A stretch of DNA of 63,279 nt, filler included, from Stramenopiles sp. TOSAG23-6 (taxonomy: Eukaryota): assembly GCA_900128565.1 (NCBI GenBank). It is 3 parts of 3 records of this genome, joined end to end, with 100 filler letters (N's around TTAATTAATTAA, not from the genome) between each part and the next. Parts side by side here need not be neighbours in the genome. Positions count along the whole stretch, not along the records: positions 1 to 21,172 come from LT636030.1; 2 more parts are not named here. One strand, written 5' to 3'. Every line of letters begins with the position of its first letter. The first letter of the stretch is position 1. The position numbers and the translations under genes are program-made. Under the pieces are notes generated by a model, which did not search any database, had not been told where the DNA came from, and was given only the letters and a program-made list of their open reading frames with translations. Shown here piece by piece: positions 1 to 18,959 of the stretch.

Positions 1-4025
<4,025 letters not shown>

Positions 4026-4543
4026 CCTTTATGAAACAAACTGTTAGAGCAAATGCATTCGACAAAGATTCAGAATTTGTCGATATTGATGTAAAGAGCT
4101 GATAGTTGAATCAATTGATCATTGTTTTAAACGATAATAAGGTTGATAATAAGGTTTATAAATTATAATCTCGAAATCTCAAATCTATAATGAATTATTC
4201 ATGAAAATGATTGAATTTGGTGAAAGTGAAAAAAAAAAATTTGTTTTTTTTGATGTCTGACCGTCTGACGTCATCTGTGGTGTGCAGACTAATTTATTTT
4301 GCTAAATTAAGAAATTGAGCACGAAAATAATAAGCGTGTCAGAGGTNTTCAAATTTTAGAAAATTTATATTAAAATAAATGTTGAGTTCCTGGCTGGCGC
4401 TGGGTATCCCGCCACCCTGAGCTGACTTTATTTTGCTCATGAATACAATAGTCAGTCCACTTGGTACCCTTGTAAGGAAAAGTATTAGTCTGGTATTTTG
4501 CTTTTGAATTGTGGTACGCAATTGCTGCATTAACCACAAAATT

Positions 4544-7500
4544 ATGTCATTTCGAAGTACACACAAATTAATTATGAAGAACATAATATTGTGTGTGATC
4601 TTCTTAACTTTGCAAAGAAAGACGGAGTTGGAGGTGGCAGCGGCACAGACTCCAAATTCCAGAGCACAATCTTTGGCACAACAACATCCACCTTCACAAT
4701 ATCCAAATGAAGCTTTCGCATATTTTTATAAAGTAGCACACAGTGCAGCGGCGGCAAAGCTACAGGAAATGAAGAAATGGGAGGCCCTAAAGGCGGAATC
4801 AATATCAAAAAATCAAGAAATTTTGGATGAGGCACATCTGGAGCAACAACTTGAACAACTACTTCGACACATTCGGCTAGGGCATCCCTCTTTGAAAGAC
4901 ACCAACATTGTTGACAAACATATAACGAATTGTATCGAAAAATTGTGGGAAGGATCTACTACAACTAGATATGGTTCAAGTTCATATGGTCTATACGTCC
5001 CTGGTGTATCAGATATTGATATTATCATTGAAAGAACTGGAAAAGTAGATATCGCAGAAGTCACAGAAGACCTTAGAAAACTAAAAATATGTCTAGATAG
5101 TAGTCTTGGAAGTAAACTAGAAAGCTCAGAAGTTATTATATGTAGCCATCCAATTCTAAAATTAAACTATAGTGGAGAAATCGGAAATTTAAAGGGATTA
5201 TGGGTCGATATTTCTTTTCGATTGCCTGACTTTAGAGGAGATCTAGTTAAAAAGATTGCAATAGATACAATGAAACGGGGTGTTGGAGAAGAGTTACTTT
5301 TACTCCTAAAAACGTATTTGCATCATCATGAACTAAATCAACCTTATAATGGTACATTGGGGGGTTATGCACTAGTGCTCATGGTGCGGTTTTTGTTCAT
5401 GAGTCCACATGTGCAGGAATATATTATTCATATGTATGTTTTCATATCTGAATTTCATTTTTTGAAACAAATTCTATGCCTAACAAAAAATCGAATCTGA
5501 CATATCTTTCCAAAATACATGACCATTGTTCAAAAATTGAGGTTTTTTTTAATGTTTTATGGAATCGGAAGCTCATGCATCGGCCATAATGTTAGAATGA
5601 AATGGTCTCTGGACGGATATCCATTCTGCACGGATGGGCCTTTTCGTACGGATGGGCCTTTTCGTATCCAGCCTATATTTATCGAGGATCCTACTCAACC
5701 AGGTCATAATGTTGCCTTTTCATCGCATAATATTAAACTTGTTCAAACAAAGTTTGATGAACTCCGAGAACTACTTGGAGTAAGAGTAGATACGTGTACC
5801 ATGTTCTCCTATTTTGGGAAATTATTTGAAGCAGGTAGTAGCGTCGATAGCGTTCCTATTCCTGAGCTTCCTGTTGTTCATGGATATTATGCTGGTGCTG
5901 GTGTTAGAGCTGATGTTGGATTACTTATTCCTTCAAAACCTTCATCTAGCCATTTACGTGGCGTCAGTGGTGGAGGCAGTGTTAGTGGCGGAGTTGGTAC
6001 AAGCGTTGCTACATTGAGAGAGAATGATCAAACCAAAGTTTATGATGATAAAGAAAGGGAAGAAATGAAACAAATTGTTCAAAGAAATCTTCGTCGTCTG
6101 ATTTTGGGCTCCCCTAAAAAGTTTGGTGATAGGATGCAGCTGTTAGATTATGCTCGTAAGGATTATGATACTCATAGCCAACATTGGAAAGGTGTATATT
6201 CAAAGTACGATATTAAAAAATGCATGGTGAAAAAGGCGTTGCGTTCTTATGAAAATGAAAAACAAGAAGAACAGGAAGCGACTGCCAAAGCTTCCGAAAG
6301 GAGAATTGTTAAACCGAAAATGGATCAAGAACAAGTGAAAGCAATCGAAGAAACTATTGCAAAAAATCTCCATCGTCTCATTGTGTCGTCTCCCGATGAA
6401 GTTTATACACCAAAACTACTGCGTGATGCTGCTCGTAAAGATTATGATGATGCAATGAAAACTGTTATCGTTAATCCGATTTGGGAAGGTGTACCTTCCC
6501 GTGAAAAAATTACATTGCAAATGTCGGGAGATGCATTACAACAGCATAGAAGTGCACAAGCAAAAGTAGAAGTCACTACCAAGGCCACGAAAACGAAATC
6601 TGATCAAACGAAAGTATACAATGAGAAAGAAAAGAAAAAAATGAAACAAATTGTTCAAAGAAATCTTCTCCGTCTCATTTTCAAAGCCCCCGATAAAGTG
6701 TTTAACAAAACGACACTCAGAGATTACGCTCGTGAAGATTGTGCGGTTGATACTCATCGTCAATATTGGAAAGGTGTGCATTCAGAGGAAGATATTTCAA
6801 ATAAAATGGCTCTTGAAGCATTAGAATCTTACAGAAGTTCGGCAGAAATTACAATTCAAACAAATCTTGATCGTCTTATTGAAAAAGCCAATGATGAAAA
6901 AAAAACACATAGTAAAAAGTCACTGCATCGTGCTGCGCAACAGGAATACGACGATATCGAAACCCGTCACCATTGGGAAGGTGTACGTTCAAAGGGGGAA
7001 ATAAAATTAAAAATGGCACAGAATGCATTACAGTCATATNAGGAGAAAGTAAAGAAAGCGCACGAACATATTGCTGTAAATAAAGCTGAGGATGCAATAG
7101 ATGTTGCTGAAAGACAATTGTCTTCTGCTGAAGGTTTAATAGATTCAATAGAAACGAATTTACCGGAACAAGAAGCAATTAAGGCTTATGAAAATGAATT
7201 GTTAAAAATTGATGAATTGTTACTTGCTAACATTTTCATGTATATAATTCTTCCACCAGAAAAGAAAAACCTAAACGTTGGGAGTTTCTACACTCGGAAG
7301 GAGCAGTATGAATCTGATAGATCTAATTGTTGGAAAAAATTGAATGATCGTTATCCTGGTGTTAGGAGGTATCCAGCAGAAATTCGCCCTGAAAATCTTT
7401 CGGGTATAGTTGGGTCTTCTAAATTTGAAGAAGTAACCATCCAAATTGAAAACCTCCAGAAAGAAATCGAAGAGTTTGACGGTAAAATTTCGAAACAATC

Positions 7501-8923
7501 GCGCAAGAAAACTCTGAAATTTCTCAACGATAAAAAAGAGCAAAAGCAGATTGAACTTGAGGAACACAAAGAAAAGGAAAGAAAAATCTTTGCTAGCTTG
7601 GTGTTACAAGCAAGAGAAAGGATTTATCTCCCAACTTATCAAGAAGTTTCAGTAGAGGAAAGAACAGGAGCTGATCAAGAAATTTCAGTAGAGGAATATT
7701 TTCAAAAAGCAGGAGTGGACGCCAGTACCACCGAAGCGTTTGAAACCCTAGTTCAAAAAGGTGCACATTTTGAACATTCGGCAAAAGGAGCCACGATTAA
7801 ATTATCGAAAAGCACACTCCGAGAAATTTTGAAAGATTATGGCCCCCATTTTGTTATTCGTGATTTTCTTGAAAAGATTATTGAGTTAATTATTAATTAC
7901 GCCAAATTTGAGGAGTTTAATGCGATGAGGTATACAGATTTCGCGTATAAAATTGCATTAGAAGAAAAAAGAATGAAACAATTTTGGATTTTCCAATATC
8001 CAGATGATAATTTTTTGAATATGCCTACTCCTGATAAAGAGAAGATTGAACAATATGTCAAAACTGTTGGACTTATTAAAAGAAAACTTCACGCCTTCAA
8101 GTTTCTTTTCTTGGGGGAAGTACTTGTAAAAGAATCGAAAACAATTGAAGCCGATATAGAGTTGGTATTAAAAGATTTAGAAGATATTCCTCAGAGCAAG
8201 TATGACGAGTATCATACAAATTTACAACTTCTTCTAGAAGAGTATGAAGTCGAACGTACAGATTTGAAAAAAAGTGCTTTGGAAAGTCTGTTCAAAGTCA
8301 GAAAAAATCATGCTTCTGAACCTGAACCTGAAAGTCAACCTGAACCTGAACATGAAAGTCATTCTGAACCTGAACCTGTAAGTCAACCTGAACCTGAACC
8401 TGAATTTTATCTGGAAAGTGAACGTATTAGAAAAATCTCAGAGGAAATAATTCAATATTGTATAAGCTATAAAGATTCGGATTCAAGCATGAAAAAGGAA
8501 GATGTCATGTATCGTATAGCACAATTAGCCCGAAGCATGAAGGAATTCTGGATACTGAATTTTCCAAAAAAATTTAAACATCCAATGCCTGTGCCAAACT
8601 TTGATAAAATTGAATTGTTTTTGGATTCCGTCGACACATTTAAATTACAAATACGTGCTGGGCAATTTTTGTGTGATGTGATTGACTGTGATGTGGAAAA
8701 AGTCATAGTGCCACAAGATTTTGACATTGACCAACTCACCGAAAGTGACAAGGAAAACCTTAAAAAGTTGAACTTACGTGAGGTGGACCTTGGAGTTGCA
8801 TTTGAGAGATTACAGAATTCTTCTGTGAAAGATTTCTTGGAACAGCAAAAATTATCAATTGATCATATAATGACTACTCCAACAGAATGGTTCAGTCTAT
8901 TTAAATATGTAAGAATAAATTAA
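4544..8923 (+). CDS. Trf4/PAPD5-like non-canonical nucleotidyltransferase with long repeat-containing C-terminus; intron 5434-5520
   Basis: YGSSSYGLYVPGVSDIDII and WVDISF catalytic motifs, LNQPYNGTLGGYALVLMV, IFIEDP. One family intron joins ORFs 4511-5500 and 5519-8923 in frame. Start ATG at 4544 or 4574. Confidence 0.75.
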
Positions 8924-8966
8924 ATCTTTTTAATGTATCAAAAATAATAAAACTTAATTATTCATT

Positions 8967-9626
8967 TTAATTTCCAATCAGCCTTTCCAATAGAGGATCA
9001 CGCAGCAGAGATGCAGTCGTAGCATCGCTCTCAGTTTTCAATTGCAACGATGGCTCAAATAAAGGATTATTCACTGCTTCAGTATCACCTTCTTCAAAAG
9101 AAGAATACTCTGTAGGTTCTTGGGAATTCTTCAGTGTTGGAAGTTTAGGAGTAGTAGCATTAGGGTAAGGGTTATGAATTTTAGTCTTTTGAGGAGTTTT
9201 AACTGGTGACTGTTGAGGTGTTTTAACTGCTGGAAGAATTACACGTGGTGGAGACAAATGTCCAGGTAGATGCGGACGTTTTGGAGTTTTGCCTTTGTAG
9301 TCTGTAAAGTTTGAAAGGTCATTCATGTTTGGATAAAAACGTTTAGAAGAACTCTTAGGCTTAATCCGTTTGAATTCTTCCTGGGTTATTGGTATGAATG
9401 CAATTGGCACATTGCCTTCCCAGGACACTCTATACGATTGGTTTGTAGTTGTAGACGTTATAGTACTCGCTCTGCCTTTGGTAGGCAATGCCTGAAGAAT
9501 AATCTCTTTGGAAGCTTTTAGAAATGTCGCTTCTCTATCGGCAGATAAACGTTTCTCTTCAACTATCATTCCGGATACGTACGACGCATACAGTGCGAAT
9601 GCGATTAAATATATCAAAGTATTCAT
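8967..9626 (-). CDS. hypothetical secreted Pro/Thr-rich protein
   Basis: Open ORF; MNTLIYLIAFALYASYVSG from ATG 9626 looks like a signal peptide. Confidence 0.5.
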   Translation of the reverse strand: MNTLIYLIAFALYASYVSGMIVEEKRLSADREATFLKASKEIILQALPTKGRASTITSTTTNQSYRVSWEGNVPIAFIPITQEEFKRIKPKSSSKRFYPNMNDLSNFTDYKGKTPKRPHLPGHLSPPRVILPAVKTPQQSPVKTPQKTKIHNPYPNATTPKLPTLKNSQEPTEYSSFEEGDTEAVNNPLFEPSLQLKTESDATTASLLRDPLLERLIGN

Positions 9627-10011
9627 TCTTGAAATAAAAAGGGCTTTGATATATACTTCTTGAGCTGTGTTAAATACAATGAAAGTATTTAAATGAATAA
9701 TGATACTATTGAGCAAGTGCCAGGTAGTATATACTATATTATGTTTAAATGACATCAATTGACATCTGTCAAAAAAAACACGAAAAGTTTTGAATTTGAT
9801 TTGAAATTTAAAAATGAATTACGCGGGTCAAGTTCATTTGAAAAACATCAAACCATCAAACGCTTGACGAAGAGCGCTAATACGATTACGAAGGGAAAGA
9901 GAGAGAGAGAAGAGTTTGACGACTTATCTCTTTCACATAGTAAACGTTATATCATTGAGCACAGTACGCCACTTTGCAAATTCATTGACATTTGTAGAAA
10001 TTTCATAGAGA

Positions 10012-13467
<3,456 letters not shown>

Positions 13468-13635
13468 TTTTTTGGGTTTTCATTATTCCATTTTATTTAT
13501 CTTTTAGTCAAAATAAAATATACCATTAACAGATACTATTCATTTATTTTAATTTAGAGCTATAACCGTTTGTTTGTACAATGTGTAACCCCCTAACCTT
13601 AGAAACCCTAACCCTAGAAGGAGTCCTAAATATCT

Positions 13636-14625
13636 TTAAAAGATACCACTAAGAAATTCTTTTTGTTTAGCAGATGTCAATGGTACTACACTCTCCGAAA
13701 TTTTGATCGGTGAATGAAATGCATCATTATTACTTTCAAATGTTTGATTTTGTATGTCATTGATTTTTTGATTACTTGGTACATTTGAAATTGAGTCACT
13801 ATAGTCTATGGTTTTTGTTAGGGTTGTATCCTCCTCAATTGTATGGGGTATATTTGTATCACCTAAATCATCTATAAAATTATCACCTACAAAATCTATT
13901 GGGTTTTGAATAAATGATGTAATAAAAGAATTACTTTGAATGTCCTGTTCGTTTTCAATATTGGGAAGTATCAGTTCATCATTTTTTGTCATGTGGAACA
14001 GACCAAGCATATTTTTATCCAAGTTACTACTACTACTATTACTATTTATTGATTGACGATTCTGGCGCGGAGAATCAATTCTGAGAGAAATATTGTCATT
14101 CGGATCATTCTGATCAATAGGTTCTGTTACTATTGCATAATTACTAATCTCACCCTTTTGGCTAACTTTACTATACGACTTGACAAAGTGAAACGTTCTA
14201 TTTTGAAATCCGCAAATGAGTCCAGCACCTGTTTTTATTTCCTGAACACCACCTCGATGAAGACAAACCCATTCTTCACTGTTATCCCATATATATCGAA
14301 TTTTATGTCGTTTACATGTATGACCAATTGGTGCATTGTGCTCATAAGCTTCTATAGTGCCAATATATCGCTGACCACTACCCCAATCAGCAACAACCAT
14401 TCGACCTAAAGTATTTTTTTCTTCTAGTGAAGTGTTTTCATCGTGAAGTAGTCCCCGGAAACGCCGGGAAGTCTTTGACGCACTGGAAGATCGCTTGGTG
14501 GTATTAGATTTTTTATTATTCGAGCGCGATATATCTGGTGTCAACTTCTGACGTTTTGTTTGTGAGTGCGGTTCAGCAACTTCTACAGTTTCTTTAGACC
14601 TTTTCAGAGCCAACCTAAGTGACAT
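13636..14625 (-). CDS. hypothetical protein with Tudor-like domain
   Basis: LGRMVVADWGSGQRYIGTIEAY...HKIRYIWDNSEEWV; first ATG at 14625. Confidence 0.55.
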   Translation of the reverse strand: MSLRLALKRSKETVEVAEPHSQTKRQKLTPDISRSNNKKSNTTKRSSSASKTSRRFRGLLHDENTSLEEKNTLGRMVVADWGSGQRYIGTIEAYEHNAPIGHTCKRHKIRYIWDNSEEWVCLHRGGVQEIKTGAGLICGFQNRTFHFVKSYSKVSQKGEISNYAIVTEPIDQNDPNDNISLRIDSPRQNRQSINSNSSSSNLDKNMLGLFHMTKNDELILPNIENEQDIQSNSFITSFIQNPIDFVGDNFIDDLGDTNIPHTIEEDTTLTKTIDYSDSISNVPSNQKINDIQNQTFESNNDAFHSPIKISESVVPLTSAKQKEFLSGIF

Positions 14626-15018
14626 CTGTGTCTTAGTTTGTCCAACGACGCCACCCCTGTATCTATATCCCACCTCTACTATTAATACTGAGTACTCCTA
14701 GAAGAAAGAATCGTAATTGAGGGAAAATGGTTATTCTGTTTTGGCAACACAGTACCTAGAGTATCAGAATCTCAGAGACTAGCCAGTATATAGTGTAGAG
14801 CTACTTTAAGCTGAAGCACGTCGTACTGAATGTTCGACATTTTTTGAAAATCAGACCAGCAGCTGAGCTGGAAAGACGAATTGGTAACCCTAACCCTAGT
14901 CAAACCGAAACAGGCATGCATTTACCTAATAATTTCTCATCTACATTTCGAAAAGTAATAAAATAAAGTCATCATCACAATGAAACTCTACAAAAATATT
15001 GAATTTCGAGCCAATTAC

Positions 15019-15198
15019 AATTTATAATTGAGAAATAAAAAAGTCGAAATTTATAACTGAGAAATAAAAAAGTCGAAATTTATAATTGAGAAATAAAAAA
15101 GTCGAAATTTATAATTGAGAAATAAAAAATCAAGAAATTTATAATTGAGAAATAAGAGAGCCAAGAAATTTATAATTGAGAAATAAGAGAGCCAAGAA
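15019..15198. repeat. six tandem 29-31 nt repeats overlapping the EDC4 stop codon
   Basis: Unit AATTTATAATTGAGAAATAAAAAAGTCGA; starts at about 15019, 15048, 15077, 15106, 15136, 15167. Confidence 0.9.
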
Positions 15199-18100
15199 CT
15201 CGTTGCATCACTTTAAAATCTTTCTTAAAACTTTTTTGCGTAGCAGGATCTAAATTTCTGTATGATGCATCCACTGAACTTCGAATTTCTGGTAAAACTC
15301 GCGGAAGGTGTTCAGCCAAAATATCTGATTCTGTGTCGAGGCAGAGTAATCCTTCTTGGATCCATTCTGAACATGAAAGCAGATCTGTTCCACTAGTTGT
15401 TGATAATTGTTGAATAAGGCATAAAACTAACATTTGAGAGATTTGTGGTTCATCTCCGCCTTCATCAGATAAAATTTCTTCACAGTTTAATTTTTCAATC
15501 AACCACAAGACTAAACTTAAATCATTTGCACATAAAGCAAGATTAAATGCAACCTCAAAATCTTTTTTTTTCAAACTAATTTCAATTTCTTCATGTATAG
15601 TGATACCTTCTAGAGGAGAATGACCATCATCATCATGAACTGGAGAATCGGGAGATGTAGTAACAGTGACAAATTTTCCAGAAGATGCTTCCAAATTTTT
15701 AGTCAAAACTTCAGCACGGGCGATTAATTTCTTTGTTGCTTCTCGACATGCTTTTAGTTCCGCCAACTGAGCTGAACGATCCTTCAAATCTTCCGTTGCA
15801 GCACGAGAAACACTATCATTTATTTGTTTAAACATTTTTTGAGTGGCTCGTTCAAAGCCTGGTATAAGAAGACGACCAAACGTCTCCTGGAAAGTTTTTG
15901 TTATTTCAGGTTGTATTTGTGAAGAAATCATTCTTGGTACATCTTCAATGATACTTTCGATATTATCCAATACATTTTGAGATATGAGTTGGACATGTTG
16001 CTCATTGGGTGCATTCTTCATACTTGTATTTTCGAAATGATTCTGTAAAACATTTTGAAGGATAGTAGATATTTGTGACGAAATAGAATTATTGAAACCT
16101 TTTAACAATACTTTTTGTCTACTTACAGCACGTTGTTCGCGCTCTTGATCCATTTTCTTCATTAATTTTACCATATTACTAAATTGGAATTTCACTTGTT
16201 TTTGGACCACACCTTCAATGTCACTTACTGAAACATAAGCTTTATCATTTTTAGTACGAGATCGTTTGGACGACAAATTACGAAGCCCAGCAGCAACTTC
16301 ACCCTCATTACGATTGGCAAGTTCACGATCTTGCGCACGTTCAGGCACAGCAAGCTTAACTGCTTTATGAGTGAATGCACTTTGTTGCGCATAGCCGCCA
16401 GCAGCTACATCACTTGACAACGCTGTTGCAAAAACGGGCGAGTGAGCGTTGGAACTCCCACCCCCACTAGAATCACCACCAATTTGAGTATTTGAATGAG
16501 CATTTGAATGATTATTTGAATGAACATTTGAATGAACCTGAGCTGTTCGAGATTTTTCAGTTCCAGTCTTTTCTTCCATCGATGATTCCCCATAGCTTTG
16601 AATTGAAGTTTTCTCACCACTCCCACTATCAATACCTGCATTGCTGGGGATTCCTGTTGCAGCTTCATCTCCACCTAAAGTCATTACATCAGATGATGAT
16701 GATAACAAAGTCATTTTTTTTTCTGAAGTCGATTCTGATGAAGGTGGTGAAGTGGATAGAAACTTAAGTAAATCAACCCCTGCAGAATTCTTTATACTGC
16801 CGTTTTGTTTTGGTGGCATTACTAATAAGCCTGGGATTCCACCATTTCGATGATTTTTTTTATTGTCCGGGCTTTTCTTTGAGACATCACCGAGAGGATC
16901 AATATAAAATATGGTAGGAGGTACTTTATACACTTGGACAAGTTTGTCTTGCACAGTATATATATCTAACCGTGGTTGCGTATACGTCTTTGATGAATTT
17001 AAGTTAGTTCGCGTCGCTAACATACTAAATATAGGATATTTTACAACATTTTGGCAGACACGGTCAAATCTAGTTTGGTCATTATTTATGTGAATCGTTG
17101 TGAGAGTCTTTGAAGGGCTATGCCCTACAAAAAGAAATTCACCCAATGGATCAAGAGAAACAACATTAATATCAGTACTATTCTCATTTGACATATCATT
17201 ATTATTATCATAGCCTTCGAGGCAAAGATAACAAACTTTACTGTATTTAGACTCACTCGATGAGTTGATGTTACATTTAAAAATTTGGAATTCTCGATTG
17301 GATGAATTTCCCATTAAAAGATTGAATGTGCCTTTATCACAATCAGAAGTACAAGGAAGAATATACATGATATTGTGTCCATTTCTTCTTCCAAAACCTT
17401 TAAAAGTAAAGACGCAGTTTAATTCATTGGAGTCATCTTTTTGACTGTAAATATCCCAAATACGAACGGTACCATCATAACTAGCAGTAGCCAAATATTG
17501 TCCATCAGATGACCATGACATCGCAGTGATATCTTCTGTGTGTCCATGACCAATTTGAAAACCACAAGTTTTGTAATGACTAGGAGGATTAACAACTGGC
17601 ACATCTCCTTGTTGAGTGAATTGGAGAGCTTCAATTTTTCTAGTATTTACTATGATAACATTTGATCCATCTGCTACAGCAAATGACATCATATCTAAAG
17701 GATGAAACTCGAAATTTGAATAATAATGCCCAGTTTCACTTGATGGATTTTGAAGTTGTAAGACTACCTCATGAATGAGTTTATTTCCTTGTTCGCCGAT
17801 TCTCCAAATAAAGACATTTCCATCAGACCCTGTACTACCTAATAGGTTTACATCTTTACTAAAGAATTTTAAGTCAATAGATGCATCTTTGGAATGACCT
17901 CCAAGCAAACCTTTCGAAGTAGATGTCTGGTTGATCATCCGAATTTTGCCATTATTCAAAGCATAGCAAATAAATTTAGAATTGGCCGACACTCGACAAC
18001 CTCTAAAATTTGACTCTGTCTTGGATTTATATTTTGTAATTGTTACTGCACCAGGAAGATGGCCAGATGAAGCTGTATCGAATTGATACTTAGATATGTC

Positions 18101-18595
18101 TTTAGAGAGTTCAACTCCTGGTAATTGCCCGGTAGGAACTTTTGACTTTTTGTCTTTGAGAGACTGTTTCGAATTGGGCTGTAGAGAACGCAAAAGTATA
18201 TTCATATTGCCCGATTCACTAGCAACGGAAGATGTGGGTGGTGGTGTTAGTAAAACACTTCCATTTCTCTTGTTTGCTTTGGCTGTACTTGATTTTTTGC
18301 TCTTTTTTTTTGTTCCGGTCGAAGTAGCCGGCGCCTGTTGTGAATCATCTGGTTTCATCAACGCGACCGGTGGCGAGGCAGGTGCATCAGTCACAGCATC
18401 ACCAAAAAATCGTTCCAAAGGATTTATCGATGGCGGAGAAGGTGTCTTTGTACGTTCAATAGAATCGACTGCCTGTGGTTGTGAAGAAGCCTTGGCGAAC
18501 AGTTTAGCCAGGGGATCTTCTGAGCCTTTCGAGGGTTTCCCTTTTTTGGAGCCCCCAATGTTTAAGCCCGGGAAGAAACGAGAGAGACCCGACAT
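15170..18595 (-). CDS. EDC4: enhancer of mRNA decapping 4 (Ge-1/VARICOSE), intronless
   Basis: N-terminal WD40 repeats, helical region with LIPGFERATQKMFKQIN, C-terminal FEVAFNLALCANDLSLV...SQMLVLCLIQQL. Confidence 0.85.
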   Translation of the reverse strand: MSGLSRFFPGLNIGGSKKGKPSKGSEDPLAKLFAKASSQPQAVDSIERTKTPSPPSINPLERFFGDAVTDAPASPPVALMKPDDSQQAPATSTGTKKKSKKSSTAKANKRNGSVLLTPPPTSSVASESGNMNILLRSLQPNSKQSLKDKKSKVPTGQLPGVELSKDISKYQFDTASSGHLPGAVTITKYKSKTESNFRGCRVSANSKFICYALNNGKIRMINQTSTSKGLLGGHSKDASIDLKFFSKDVNLLGSTGSDGNVFIWRIGEQGNKLIHEVVLQLQNPSSETGHYYSNFEFHPLDMMSFAVADGSNVIIVNTRKIEALQFTQQGDVPVVNPPSHYKTCGFQIGHGHTEDITAMSWSSDGQYLATASYDGTVRIWDIYSQKDDSNELNCVFTFKGFGRRNGHNIMYILPCTSDCDKGTFNLLMGNSSNREFQIFKCNINSSSESKYSKVCYLCLEGYDNNNDMSNENSTDINVVSLDPLGEFLFVGHSPSKTLTTIHINNDQTRFDRVCQNVVKYPIFSMLATRTNLNSSKTYTQPRLDIYTVQDKLVQVYKVPPTIFYIDPLGDVSKKSPDNKKNHRNGGIPGLLVMPPKQNGSIKNSAGVDLLKFLSTSPPSSESTSEKKMTLLSSSSDVMTLGGDEAATGIPSNAGIDSGSGEKTSIQSYGESSMEEKTGTEKSRTAQVHSNVHSNNHSNAHSNTQIGGDSSGGGSSNAHSPVFATALSSDVAAGGYAQQSAFTHKAVKLAVPERAQDRELANRNEGEVAAGLRNLSSKRSRTKNDKAYVSVSDIEGVVQKQVKFQFSNMVKLMKKMDQEREQRAVSRQKVLLKGFNNSISSQISTILQNVLQNHFENTSMKNAPNEQHVQLISQNVLDNIESIIEDVPRMISSQIQPEITKTFQETFGRLLIPGFERATQKMFKQINDSVSRAATEDLKDRSAQLAELKACREATKKLIARAEVLTKNLEASSGKFVTVTTSPDSPVHDDDGHSPLEGITIHEEIEISLKKKDFEVAFNLALCANDLSLVLWLIEKLNCEEILSDEGGDEPQISQMLVLCLIQQLSTTSGTDLLSCSEWIQEGLLCLDTESDILAEHLPRVLPEIRSSVDASYRNLDPATQKSFKKDFKVMQRVLGSLISQL

Positions 18596-18959
18596 ACTAA
18601 ACTAGTATTTTTAATATCTGTACTAAGAACAATGTAAATGGAACTATGAAGAGGAATTAGAGTTTGATAATGAATCTTACAATAAATAATTGTTAAGCTC
18701 GCACACACAGCGCAAACAAAGCGCGACTGGAGAGAGAGTCGAGAGAATTATACCGGTTATTAGTTACCCGGTTACCTCTGAATTTCTAATTTCGTCAGCT
18801 GATTCTGCCTGACCATCCATTCAGTAGCTACGACAGAATTTCTAGCTAGGGTTTACCTTGCGCTTGCGGCACCCAGACCCAACCCAAGTAGCTAAACAAA
18901 TACTCATTGACATTCGTTCGTGGTTTTCAGTATCATTCATTTCTATTATATTTCGGGTA

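Noticed and set aside
15019-15198. CRISPR-like array
   Set aside because: Units are contiguous with no unique spacers, derive from the gene end, and there are no cas genes in this eukaryotic context.
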